Assembly (NCBI RefSeq): GCF_001194135.2
Contig: NC_068984.1
Coordinates: forward strand, 84,286,262-84,350,261
DNA: 64,000 nucleotides
Reading direction: 5' to 3'
Source of the DNA: Octopus bimaculoides
Taxonomy: Eukaryota
The number at the start of each line of letters is the position of its first letter. The stretch's first letter is position 1. Made by a program: the position numbers and the translations under genes. Shown piece by piece: positions 1 to 12,931 of this stretch. The notes under the pieces are model-generated. The model saw nothing but the letters and a program-made list of their open reading frames with translations. It searched no databases and was not told where the DNA came from.

Positions 1-1019
1 TCTTCAATTACTGTTCTGACTGGGTAAAAGTTATCAAACAATAAACCTCTTTAACTTAATTCACTTTTTCCAGAAAATTTTTTTTTTTATCTCCTGAGAT
101 TCAATGTTGAAAATTACATCAATACACCAAATTTTAAAATTTTCACTAAACTTTGCAATTTTCACAGGAGCAACCAGACAGAAAAGATCCCCACACCATC
201 TTGTACAGTTAACAAGATTAAAAATTAAATTTGTCAAAGTGCGAAATACCCCCTTTATAACGAAGTCAACGGTGAACCATACACACCACCAAATATCTGC
301 CTATTTACAGCCATTGCTAAAGTGTCTTTAGGATATCGATTTGGGGTTGAAAAGGTGAGTAGAATCCTGCTGCACTCTGGTAGGATTTGAGCATGAAACT
401 GAGAGGGCGGAAATTAAATTATGTAAATATTTTAGTCTACCGCTGTATGGCACTTTTAGAGCTTCTGGGATAAACGATATAAATAAACAAATGAATAAAT
501 AAATATATAAACTATTTACAGCAGAAAGAGTTGGCAGAAAATATGTTGTAAATCTGACAAATGAAGCTGTGTTATTTATTGTTTGAGGTGGAGAAAGAGG
601 TTGAGAGGACAAGTTATTACCTCCTCTTCTTACTCTTATTATAAATCTCTTCCTGTAAACAATGATAGGAGAGGAAGTTGAACAATTTTTCAAAGTGAGT
701 CTATAGAAATAAATAGCATTCTTGCAATTCAGAACGGCAGAGTGCTTCTTGTAACATGTAAGAACAAACATTTTTTACTGTAGCTACTTGTTTGGGTTTC
801 GGCACAGCGTTCTTGGGCAAGGCGTATAGTCTTACCTGTTTGAATGGAAGTCAGTGTGCATGTGTGTCAAAGAGAGAAGGTAGAACAGAGAGAGGATGAA
901 GGTGAGTGAGAACTAGAGGGGGATAAGTGAGAGGTATATAGTTAGTTAAACAGATATGTCAACTGAGTGGAAATTAGTGTAAAAACAAAATGGGATAATG
1001 AGAGAACGAGGACGAAAAA

Positions 1020-1260
1020 GTAAGCGAAAGAGAGAGAGGGGGGAAGAAAGAGAGAGAGGGGGGAGGAAGAAAGAGAGAGAGAGGGGAAGAAAGAGAGAGA
1101 GAGGGGGAAGAAAGAGAGAGAAGGACAGACAAAGAGAGAGAGAGATGAAAGGGTAGGTATAGAGATTAAAACTGAAGAAGAGAATGATATATATATATAT
1201 GAGAGAGAGAGAAAGAAAGAAAGTGAGAGAAGTAGATATAGACAGACAGACAGACAGCGT
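1020..1260. repeat. (GA)n/GGAAGAAAGAGAGAGA compound microsatellite
   Basis: Directly visible. Confidence 0.95.
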
Positions 1261-1504
1261 GTATTCATCAAACTCTTATCCAACCAGTGGCATTACATCA
1301 AAGAGGTATATACCGTTTCCTTTGCAACACCTACACACACAGAGACCATCTCACTCTAAGTATGCTCACCTCCACCTAACGTTCGTTAGTTTCTCAAAAC
1401 ATAATGCTCTTTATTTAACTCGGCAGACACACCCTGTTGATGTCATTCTTTTTTCATCATTCTCATGAATCTAGTTGCTGCTTGCGTATCTTATTTTGTG
1501 TAAC

Positions 1505-1755
1505 AGTGGTGGTGATGATGATGATGATGATGATGGTGGTGGTGATGGCGGTAGTGGTAGTGATGGTGATGATGGTGGTGTGGTGATGGTAGTGGTGGTG
1601 GCGGCGGTGGTAGTAGTAATGCCTATGTTGATGGTAGCAATAGTTAATGACTGCTGATGGCTGTGATAATGGTGTCGGTGATGATGACGGTGGTTAGTGG
1701 TAGTGGTGGTGGTGGTGGTGATGATGACCGTGGTGGTGATTGTTGTGGTGGGGTC
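1505..1755. repeat. (GGT/GAT)n trinucleotide tract
   Basis: Directly visible. Confidence 0.95.
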
Positions 1756-1908
1756 CGAGGTGGAACTATCAATGTTACAAAACTTTGAACAAAGCCGAAA
1801 GAAATTTTCTTATTCAGTAAATAGGCTTACTTTAAGTTTAATTCTCAACTTCAGGTTTTTAAAATTATAACTGAATATATATATATATATATGTAAACGA
1901 TCTCCTAC

Positions 1909-1958
<50 letters not shown>

Positions 1959-2019
1959 ATCAAAACAGTTTGATTCAAATTCGTTGGTACTCCGAGTTTC
2001 AAGTGTGATGCTAATCCTC

Positions 2020-2460
2020 AGCCATTTTGAATTTGACCTCGTCGGGTTATACAATTTGGATACCCTCAAGAGACGTACCTATCCACATAGGTCGGCTCTC
2101 TATAGGGACGACAGCCTGGTTATCTCAAGCCATATGAACGGCCACGCCATGGACAGGTTCAGGAAGGACTTGATAAAAATATTTAAGGGGTTCGGCCAGC
2201 CCATAACGGTTACCACCAACCTGACTACGATCGATTTCTTGGACGTAACCTTAGACCTGAACCCGGGCAAGTATTACCCGTACAGGAAGCCTAACGAGGA
2301 AACAGTATACATCCACAAGAGCTCAAACCATCCCCCTGCTGTAATTAGAAACCTGGCTTCAGGCATTAGCAACGACTATCTAATCTTTCATCCACTAGAA
2401 AGATTTTTAACAGGGTCACCCTAACTACAATGATGCTTTGGCTAGGAGCGGGTTTACGAC
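2020..2460 (+). mobile_element. Penelope-like retroelement RT/thumb remnant (possibly Naiad-type)
   Basis: Translation gives ALYRDDSL...FRKDLIKIFKGFG...IDFLDVTLDLNPGKYYPYRKPNEETVYIHKSSNHPP, continuing after a frameshift as RLSNLSSTRKIF...YNDALARSGF. These are PLE RT motifs (YRDD catalytic, FLDV, SNHP). Confidence 0.85.
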
Positions 2461-3879
2461 TGACTATTACAACTGACTATTACAACTGACTCACACTAGG
2501 GAAGGTAGAAACGCAAAACTGAAACACTTCCACAGTTCACATCAAATGTGAAGTACCCTTGCCGAAGTTTGTCTGTTAATATCGAACATATGCTCCAATG
2601 CATACTCAAACCAGGATTTACACAATAATATATGTAACTGTAATGTGACGCATCAAACGATCTGCTGTAATGGTTGACATATTTAGAGGTCCGTCACTCA
2701 AAGCTGTCTGACAACGCGTACATTCACTGTTTCAAGTATTGTTACGTCTGCGCATTATTCCTAGATAGTCATTAATCCTATGCTGGGTTCAACTTTCCTT
2801 TCAGCAAGTTTTGGTTTCGTATTGTTGGGCATTTGCAAACTTCTAACTGCTTGTAACTAATTCAAGCCGAACCTATCTAATTTAATAATATCAGCATCAT
2901 TGTAGTAAACCAAAATCTGATTTTGTTTTAGCAAATTAAAAGTTAGATTGGCAATTAAAACAGTTAAATATGGTGAAGCAGAACAAGAGAGGAATTGTCA
3001 GATTAGCTAATATATCAACAGTAACCGAAGTGCTCTGAGCGCTACTAGTAACATGTAATCCAGTATAATTTGTTATGTAGTCGGGTCACAAATGACTAAA
3101 CCTTCTCACCAGGCTTGCTTAGTGAGAAGGATTGCAAGTGCCTAGCAAGAAGAAAACAAGATTTGTTAGAAGTTGAACATGATTATCTCGAAATAATGTA
3201 CGAACGTAAAAATACTCGTGACGGTGAACTAGCGCGTGGTAAAATAGCTTTGAGAGTGATGGATCCCTTAAATATGTCAATCATTACAACAGATAGTTTG
3301 GTGCGTCATAGAGCAAATCTACCCATCTACGATAGAGGCATAAAATGGGGGGAGGGAAGTCATAACAACAGTATGTATTGAGAAATGTGTAAATGGACTT
3401 GATAGATTACTGAGTGATGTCTTAGAGAAATCATATTATTGTTGGTGATACAGCATTCTATTGCAGCTATATGACGTGTTTGCGACGAAGTGATATGTGA
3501 TGACGATTCACTCCCGAACTGAAATAGGCTTCCAGCCTCTGTATCATGAATGATTATGTGGACCACTCCTAACGAAAGCCAGAGCTTCCTTCGACCACTA
3601 TGTAAAAGGTATTAAGAAAAAATGTTATTTAGATATACTTTTATTTTAGCTGTTTACACTATTTTACGCTTGTTTATTCTCTTATACATTCAAAGTTCAC
3701 AGATTTCCTTATTTAAATCATGAATCATATTCTTTTCGATAATATCAGTATGATAAAAAAACTTCTTTCCTTTCTAGACGATATTTTCTGTTTGGTCGAT
3801 GCTAATTTTCAAATTACTGAAGTCCGTTGCTCTACTCATAGCGACGTATAACTGGCCGTGTGTAAAATTACATCTGCAC

Positions 3880-4189
3880 CAGTGGTTCCCAAAGTGGGCG
3901 GTATTTTACCCATGGGAGCGGTGGAAAGTTCTAAGGGGTTGTTGAAGAAAAGTGGGACGATAATGGAGTAGCGATTGATGTAAAAATTGGGGCGATAATG
4001 GGGTGGAGATTGATGTAAAAACAACAAAATAATGGTTTCATTAGATTAAGTTTTATTTGTGAAATACAATTGCTTTGAATTTGCTTCAGAAAGAGGTCTA
4101 TACGTGTGATGGTTAGTTGGAGTGGGGGTGCTAGGAATGTGGCCTGGGTGTCAAGGGGGCGGCAACCCGAAAAAGTTTGGGAACCACTG
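3880..4189. mobile_element. hAT (Charlie-type) MITE
   Basis: Perfect 14-bp TIR CAGTGGTTCCCAAA/TTTGGGAACCACTG; 8-bp TSD ATCTGCAC/ATCTACAC (1 mismatch). Confidence 0.9.
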
Positions 4190-5246
4190 ATCTACACGAT
4201 CTAAAGTCTAGCACTGTGCCTTGTTTGCTGTGAATGTGTGAGCGGAATCTTTAAGGTTGCAAAATATCAAGCTAAGACTTACCTCTCACTGTTCTATGCG
4301 AATAATGTCTGGATGTTCAGGTACCATGGGTTATTTTGATTGACAAAACTGAGATGTAAANNNNNNNNNNNNNNNNNNNNNNNNNNNNNNNNNNNNNNNN
4401 NNNNNNNNNNNNNNNNNNNNNNNNNNNNNNNNNNNNNNNNNNNNNNNNNNNNNNNNNNNNNNNNNNNNNNNNNNNNNNNNNNNNNNNNNNNNNNNNNNNN
4501 NNNNNNNNNNNNNNNNNNNNNNNNNNNNNNNNNNNNNNNNNNNNNNNNNNNNNNNNNNNNNNNNNNNNNNNNNNNNNNNNNNNNNNNNNNNNNNNNNNNN
4601 NNNNNNNNNNNNNNNNNNNNNNNNNNNNNNNNNNNNNNNNNNNNNNNNNNNNNNNNNNNNNNNNNNNNNNNNNNNNNNNNNNNNNNNNNNNNNNNNNNNN
4701 NNNNNNNNNNNNNNNNNNNNNNNNNNNNNNNNNNNNNNNNNNNNNNNNNNNNNNNNNNNNNNNNNNNNNNNNNNNNNNNNNNNNNNNNNNNNNNNNNNNN
4801 NNNNNNNNNNNNNNNNNNNNNNNNNNNNNNNNNNNNNNNNNNNNNNNNNNNNNNNNNNNNNNNNNNNNNNNNNNNNNNNNNNNNNNNNNNNNNNNNNNNN
4901 NNNNNNNNNNNNNNNNNNNNNNNNNNNNNNNNNNNNNNNNNNNNNNNNNNNNNNNNNNNNNNNNNNNNNNNNNNNNNNNNNNNNNNNNNNNNNNNNNNNN
5001 NNNNNNNNNNNNNNNNNNNNNNNNNNNNNNNNNNNNNNNNNNNNNNNNNNNNNNNNNAATTTTAACAAAAAAAAAAATGAAAGGTGATTTATTAATACAA
5101 AACTCAATATCCACTAAATAATGATACTTTTTCACATTTTTTTTCTCGCTAAAAACCTTCCTGGTTACCTCCTTCATAATTCCGAAAAACATTGTGACCA
5201 TTGGTCCAGCCGTTTCACCGTGAAGAGGGAACAGACGGACAGACAG

Positions 5247-5316
<70 letters not shown>

Positions 5317-6509
5317 GGACATAACTCCCATTATAGTAAGATTATTATATGAATCCTGGTTTGAGTCTGCAGTGGAGCATATGTTTTGTATTAACAAACT
5401 TCAATAAGGGCACTCCACATATGATGTGAACTGTGACGATAAGAGAGATCAACTTCGAAGTGTTCGAGGTTTGCGCTTCTACTTGCCTTAGCGTGTGTGT
5501 GTGTGTGGAGGGAAACAATGAGCACCAGTTCAGGTGTACATAGGCTCCGCACATACCATTGAGCACAAATTATTCGTGCTGGTTGTTTAGTAACAACCCT
5601 TCATTTTAATTTTATTACTATTATTTTGAATGAGCACTCATACAACTTTTTAAGGGCAGAGTTCATCATTATCAGAACCAGAGAAATTGAATATCAACTC
5701 TCCTCTTTCCTGTCCATTATCGTATTTACAAATTTTCTGGTAAAGTAGCCATTGATAAACTATTGCTGAATGGTTTAAAAGTCCTAGCTATGCTATGTTT
5801 CTAGTAGATCAGAGCCAGGCTGCACCGCTAGTGATGGAATGCACCCAACGTGCAATGGGAAATGGTATGATTCTATACTCTCCACTGCCAAGGTGGTACA
5901 GTTAACTCTCAGTCCTTAAAAGCAAGCAATAGAGGTTGCTATTTAACACTAGTTCAGCAGACCTATAATGAAAATTAGTCCAGCCTTGATTCAACAAAAC
6001 CGCTAAAGAGTGGGAACAAATGCCTTACGGCATTTGTTCCGTCATTTTACATTCTGCGGGGTCGATGGTATCAACTGACCACCCTCTACCCAAAATTTCT
6101 ATTTTCGTATATAACATTACCCAACGTTTTCTATTTTTTTTTTTTTTCGAAAGGATTTTGGTCGCTGTTAGCTCGTGGTGGTGAACGTGAGATTCACACA
6201 CACACACACACACACACACACGATAGATACAGAGGTGTGTGTCTGCGCGAGAGAGCTTTCATTAGCTAAAGTATTTTTCTCATGGTGTACTTTGAAGTAT
6301 ATTACCTTAAATCTTAGTATCTTCAAATTTATTATTGGTTCGCCTTCATAACCCCCAGCCACATTTAGTTGTATTAAATAGTATTAGTACCGATCTCTGA
6401 CTATCACATGAAAGCTAAGCTCATATGTTCCCGGTTCAAACTCCCGTCTAGTAGTAATCATATCGTCATTTATACTGTATAAGATTATCATTATTCCCCA
6501 TATAAAAGC

Positions 6510-6720
6510 AGTGAGATGGATAAATTGTTATAGCGTCGGACAAAATGCTGAGTGGTATTTCTTCCGGCTTTATGTCCTAAGCTCAAATTCCGCCGAGGTT
6601 GACTTAGCCTTTCATCCTATATAGCATTTCTTATGTCATGTCTCAAATAAATTAAGTACCAGTTGCGTACTGGAGTCGATCGAATCGACTGGCCTCCTCT
6701 CCCCATGTGCCTAGAGTAGA
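6510..6720 (+). mobile_element. tRNA-derived SINE family C, decayed
   Basis: CTCAAATTCCGCCGAGGTTGACTTAGCCTTTCATCC...TAAGTACCAGTTGCGTACTGGAGTCGAT body shared with the other family-C copies in the window. Confidence 0.75.
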
Positions 6721-6789
6721 AAAGAGTACTATGTTAAATATTGTTATTATTATTATCATTACTCCTGCTGAATGGATGACTGGGCATGC

Positions 6790-7275
6790 TATGGCTAATG
6801 ATGCGCAGATATGTGCTAAGGCTATTACATCTCCAGCGTTCACTTGACGGCGAGCAAGTGAAGTCACCGTTCGTCAGACTCGCTTTTTCGCATCTAGTCT
6901 CTGACTAAATTGTAGTCCGAGGAAGTGCACCTGACACCTTGAGTGCCGTTAGTTGGGCAATGTGGTCGGTGAAAGTGCCACTCTGGTGTTCTATAGAGGT
7001 GTCGGGATTTGAACCTCTAAATGCAAAATTACCAGCAGTTCGCTGTCATGGTTGAACCACATCATTTTCACGCGAATAACTTAAAATTTGACCAATCAGC
7101 TTGAAGCCATGATGTGAACGTCATCTCGAATATTCTTGAGATTTGCGTCCTTTTTCACGAGTTAAGTACTTTGTTGCCTAAATTATTCCTAGGGCGCTGT
7201 TGGCATTTCAAGCAGGAGAGATCTCGGCTCTCACCTAGCAAAGCAGCGAGTCCATTTTGAAGATCACCTCACCAC
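6790..7275 (-). mobile_element. DIRS-like RT remnant, highly decayed
   Basis: Minus-strand frames give FKMDSL, ..MPTAP..F.., NIRDDVHIMASS, ALSPTT and HFLGLQF in DIRS RT motif order (FKMETL, PFGLxTAP, YLDD, LSPT, FLG), with stops and frameshifts. Confidence 0.5.
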
Positions 7276-7498
7276 AATAGCGTAGCTACAGTGTGCGCCG
7301 CCCGGGGCGGCCCTTCCATTTACCGCCTCCGGACCCCACAAAAAACACATATTGCTTACAGCAGACTTAAAAGTAATTAGGTTCGTAGATATCTATGTTT
7401 GCGTATATTTCTCCCTCGTTGACTCGACCGAGCGGAGTTGCATATAAGGAGAATAGGATGATAAAGAAGGTATAATTGCAAATGTTAACAAAGTCTTA

Positions 7499-7710
7499 AG
7501 GCAGTGAGCTGATAGAATCGTTAGAACGTCGGGCAAAATTCTTAGCTGTTTTTCACCCATCTTTATGTCTCGCCGAGGCCGACTTTGCCCTTCATCCTTT
7601 CGGGATCGATAAAAGAAGTACCAGTTGAGCACTGGAGTCGATGTAATCGACTTATACCCTCCCTCGAAATTCCTGGCGTTGTGCCAAAATTTGAAATCAG
7701 TATTAACAGA
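7499..7710 (+). mobile_element. SINE family C
   Basis: GAGCTGATAGAATCGTTAG head plus GACTTTGCCCTTCATCCTTTCGGGATCGATAAAAG..GTACCAGTTGAGCACTGG body. Confidence 0.8.
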
Positions 7711-7829
7711 AACCTAAGTGCGGTAATGTAGAAACGGTAGCACGTATGGTTGTATATAGTTACGTCACTTTGAATCTTGAGTTCAAATCCCGTCAGGTTT
7801 GAGTTTGCTTTTCAGTTTTTTGGTGCAGC

Positions 7830-8040
7830 GAACGGGCAGAATAGTTAGCACATCGGACAAAATGCATTTCTTCTGACGTCTCACCTTTTAAATTCAAATC
7901 CCGTCGAGGTCGACTTTGCCTTTCATCCATTCGTGGTCGATAAAATAAGTACCAGTTGAGCACTGGGATCGATGTAATCGACTAGGCACCTCCCCAAAAA
8001 TTTCAAAGTTTCTAGTGCCTATAGTGGAAAGAATTATTCT
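7830..8040 (+). mobile_element. SINE family C
   Basis: TTCAAATCCCGTCGAGGTCGACTTTGCCTTTCATCC..GTCGATAAAATAAGTACCAGTTGAGCACTGG body. Confidence 0.8.
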
Positions 8041-8811
8041 TGGGTTCCGATAAAATAATCACCAAACATATATACGACATCTCAACAACGCAATACTGTC
8101 TTTGGGGTCAGAACTCCAAATGTGTATGCACGTTTAAATGCGCGCGCGCGCGGTTTGTGATAATGGCTACATCGTCTTTGTAAGTGTCTGTAAACGTATT
8201 ATTTGTTTCAATGACTTCTTTGAAGCAGTATATCCTATTCAGTCGTGGAGCACACATACACACACCCATATACATGTGTGTGTGTATGTGCATGTGTGTG
8301 TGTGTGTGTGTGTGTGCGTGCGTGTGTGCGTATCTTATCCTCAACCTCATTCCACCCCACACATCACCAAACAATTGAGATACAGAACATTTAAAAACAA
8401 AACGATTTTGATGATGACCATTGCTTCAATCTGATCAACAGAACCTACAAATGATCGTTGTTTTAGAAACATGCTTTCTAGAAGAATTCCAGAAAGCATT
8501 TCTGTCGAGATGGCTGTATAATCATTTAGGAGCATGCTCTATTGCATCAATGATGTACAGGTATATAAGTAACGACATATAAGCCGTGAGCAACAGCTGT
8601 ACGTTCCACATCAGTTGACAGTAAATGTTTTTCAGCTTCATCTTAGGTGTGTATATTAATAAAGACATCTAACCCCTCTTTCTCTTTCTCTTTCTCTCTC
8701 TCCTTTTCTTTCTTTCTTTCTTTCTTTCTTAACTTCACTCTCGTGTGTGAGTGCGTGCAATCAACACATACAACATTTAAAATATGTTTACATTAACACT
8801 AGTAAGTAAAT

Positions 8812-8950
8812 TGGATCACTGTCGGCTTCGACGTTGAGAATTCCAGTTGTTCGATCGACCGAGCTACCTGCTCTTGTATTTGCATGTAAATGTACCGAGT
8901 ATTTTATTGACTCATGTATTCTTAAATGTAATCCTCAGATGGAATCAACG
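8812..8950 (-). mobile_element. SINE family A 3' tail, decayed
   Basis: Aligns by eye to the 15170-15310 tail (TTCCAGTTG.TC.GATC.AC.GA...CCTGCTC.TG). Confidence 0.55.
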
Positions 8951-9235
8951 AAACACTGTAAAACAGGGCTGTGTACTTGACCTATCCATTCGATAGGTTC
9001 TCGTACAGTTTTCATCTTTTCACTATCATTCATAAAACTTGGGTGTACCTGAGGCTATGGTAAGGAACAAAGTGATATCGAACGCAGGATCTGGTGATTG
9101 CGAACTGAAAGTTTTAACAACTAGCTATTTTCTTTTCTTTTCTAGTCTATATATAATACAACACGGTATGTATGTATGTATGTATGTATGTATGTATGTA
9201 TGTATCTATCTATCTATGTGTATGTGCGCGCGCAT

Positions 9236-9278
<43 letters not shown>

Positions 9279-9604
9279 CGTTTTGGTATTTGGTTTGCAA
9301 GATTTTTTATGTGATTTCGTGTGTTGCCCCAACATGGCCGCACTCAAATGACTGAAACCAGTAAAAGAATAAAAGAATATATTTATACTTAGAAAACACA
9401 CTTTATCGCTCTCTGTCTCTGCTTCTGTCTGTCTCGTTCTCTCTCTCTGTCTCTGTCTCTCTCTCACACACACAAACACACACACACACACACACAAATG
9501 CCAAACACAACAAAGACAAATTGAACTCATAAATATACTGTTTACTGTTCCACTTAATTAAAATACCTATAGTTATTTGAAAATATGTATGTATGTATGC
9601 ATGC

Positions 9605-9664
<60 letters not shown>

Positions 9665-9835
9665 ATGTACGGACGCCCGTCGTCAGACTTTGATGCCTGA
9701 GGGTGCTTCTGAGCATTCTGGGTGGGCACTAATTTGTATTATGGGAAGATTTTTGTAAATTCTATTTTCTAAATCTGAGGTGCACCATTGAACAGTGAGG
9801 GAGCAGTGCCGTCCAGTGCACCCCCTTAACTACGG

Positions 9836-10275
9836 GTATGTATGTATGTCATTGTTCAGTTTTATTTCAAGATTTCTTGCCATTAGAGAAAGAGCCGGTT
9901 TCTAATCTAGATTCAAGGCCTCTTCATTGGAATGTCAACATCAACAAGGTATTTTTGTATGTATATATGTATGTATGTATGTATGTATGTTTTGTTTTGT
10001 TTATGTCTTCTCATGCATATAGTTGCATATCCAGACATGCTCATATATATATTTAAATGATAAACTTCTGGAACGTTTTACAGATTTTTACAGTTCCAGT
10101 GATGGATTGGATCTGAAGTCTTCGAATCAGCTTTCTCCTTTCTGGTTTTGAGAAGACTAATTTCTCAAGATTGGTATTTAGTCAGTGTGTTATATCCTAG
10201 TGCCTCAATAATTACAGGTGTAAACCTGAAGTTGTAATCTGGATAGAATAACTGCAAATTTCTCAATAGTTCGGC
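9836..10275 (-). mobile_element. R4/Dong-like RLE LINE 3' end
   Basis: Minus strand reads ELLRNLQLFYPDYNFRFTPVIIEALGY...KLIRRLQIQSITGTVKICKTFQKFII*, an RLE C-terminus. It is followed by a 3'UTR ending in (TACA)n. Confidence 0.7.
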
Positions 10276-10962
10276 GTATGTATGTATGTATGTATGTATG
10301 TATGCAGAACGAGAGGAATGAGTACAACCGCTGGATTTGACTTTAGTATATATTTAGTGTTTATTTCATTGGAGCCTAAACCGAAAAAAACAAAAAGGTC
10401 AAATAGTTCAAAACAACGATTTGCCTGAAGCCTGTAAGGGAGGTAACTCTAAGGGGCACAAGCAGACTACCGTTTATATCATAACACTGCATTTAGGACA
10501 ACGTATTTGGTAAACAGTCAAAAGTAGAAACAACACCACCGAGAAATTTCTTGGGTAGTAACAGTTTGTTACGTGGTGTAATTATATTCAGGGTAACGAC
10601 TAAGAGTAGAAGTAATATGGTATACTCCCACTACTGCATGCCATCTGTTAACTCTCCTCTTACCTTTCGCTTCCTCCCCTTTCTCCCTCCCTCTTTCTGT
10701 CTGTAAGTGCATGTTTGTTTATTTATATACATACAAATTGCGCGAATCATGTGAATACACGTGCGCCAACACATATACGCAAATGCACATACACTCACAC
10801 ACACACATGAAGATTGCTTAGTCATCTCTCTATTTGTTTTTTCTTGTTTTCTCTGTTTACATATATAACCTCCCACTCTATATATAGCATAAGCATCTAA
10901 CTGTCTATCTGTCTTTCTCTATTTGTTTGTATACATCATAAAAACACTTGAAAATATGTATG

Positions 10963-11017
<55 letters not shown>

Positions 11018-11134
11018 TTGCGCGCGTGGAAGTTGTGATTGCGTGCTTGTTTTATAGTTTGCGTACTCAATGAACATGCCCCTCAGTACTGTCAAAATTA
11101 ATATTTGGTATTTTTCCTAACTTTGTAAGTTTGT

Positions 11135-11330
11135 GTGTGGTAGAGCTGTCAGAGTGTCGGGTAGAAATGATTTGCAGTATTCGTTCGGGCTCTCGGCGTT
11201 CAGGGTTCAAATCTCGTCGAGGTCAATTTTTGTCTTTCTTCCTTTCGGGGTCGATAAAATAAAGTACCAGTCAAGTACCGGGATCGATAGAATCGATTAA
11301 CCTCTCGTTTTAATTTTGTGTCTATGTTAG
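11135..11330 (+). mobile_element. SINE family C
   Basis: GGTTCAAATCTCGTCGAGGTC...TTTCGGGGTCGATAAAATAAAGTACCAG body. Confidence 0.75.
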
Positions 11331-11511
11331 AAACATACATAGGTACATCTATCTATCTATCTATCTATCTATCTATATGAATGTATATACATACATACAT
11401 ACATATACGAATGTATGTATATATGTATTCATACATACACATATATATCTGAATGTAAATATATATGTACACATACATATATGTACACGCACACACACAC
11501 ACACACAGACA

Positions 11512-11561
<50 letters not shown>

Positions 11562-11580
11562 CACACTCACACACACACAC

Positions 11581-11611
<31 letters not shown>

Positions 11612-12199
11612 TTCAAATTTAGGCTTCGGCTAGTTAGATCCTGGGCTAAGACTCACTACCTGTTTAAACCTTTCAATCATAGTTTGAGACACAGTAGCCA
11701 ACACTTGTCTGAAGTTGTTATTGACTGACAATATACAGGTGACTGTGCTTTGTCAGGTATTTCTTGGGGAATTTGTCCAGGAACCATTTGGATGTAATGG
11801 GATCATTTGTCCTCTTATTGATTTGTTTCGATAAGTGTTTAATAAAGCTGAACCAGCGAATGTAAAATAGTTGCGTCGCAATGTGTTTGTGTTGTTAGTT
11901 CAAAGGGAGTGTAGTACGGGGAACGTAGGACCGGGTGATTTTTACATTTGATGTTAACATCATCGGGGCAATGCTTACATTACAGTTTCCACATATTGTA
12001 CAACTGATGTGTTCTCAGACAATTTCATTAATATTTTATATATATATATATATACATATATACATATGAACGAAAACTCCGAATAACCTGTCCTTGTTTT
12101 CTTTGTATCGTCTATCTGGATGTTTTGTGTTCCTTTCCCATTTTGTATTATTTATATGTATATTTATTATATATATGTATATATACATATATATGTGTG

Positions 12200-12246
<47 letters not shown>

Positions 12247-12392
12247 ATATNNNNNNNNNNNNNNNNNNNNNNNNNNNNNNNNNNNNNNNNNNNNNNNNNN
12301 NNNNNNNNNNNNNNNNNNNNNNNNNNNNNNNNNNNNNNNNNNNNNNNNNNNNNNNNNNNNNNNNNNNNNNNNNNNNNNNNNNNNNNNNNNNN

Positions 12393-12472
<80 letters not shown>

Positions 12473-12508
12473 GGCTAAGATCAAGGTCTAATATTTACTC
12501 TTATCAGT

Positions 12509-12545
<37 letters not shown>

Positions 12546-12548
12546 ATA

Positions 12549-12672
12549 CAGGGTGTCCACAAAGTCTGGGTACATGAAGTAAAAAAATCATAACAAACAA
12601 TTAATTATAAGAAATAATAATTTCTTAAAGTATGTGTTAATTCCCATGTACCCAGACTTTGTGGATACCCTG
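12549..12672. mobile_element. Tc1/mariner-type MITE (124 bp)
   Basis: 28-bp TIR CAGGGTGTCCACAAAGTCTGGGTACATG (1 mismatch), flanked by TA on both sides. Confidence 0.9.
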
Positions 12673-12886
12673 TATATATATGCATTACTGGTTTCAGTCA
12701 TTCAACACCTGTTTTCCCGGGGCACCAATTCCGACTAATCAGTCGTTGCTATCGATTCCAGTACTTAACAAGTACTCTCCTTGGTCGAACCCCTATGTTA
12801 TTGGATGAAACGGATTACAACACAAACAACACTGGTTTGGTGTTCGGTATAAACATAAATATGTACATGTTTGTATTTATGTATGA

Positions 12887-12931
<45 letters not shown>

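Noticed and set aside
9895-9935. Hammerhead-like motif in the R4-like 3'UTR (TGAAGAGGCC..AGAAACCGG)
   Set aside because: The core lacks CU, and the stem III and stem I pairings fail.
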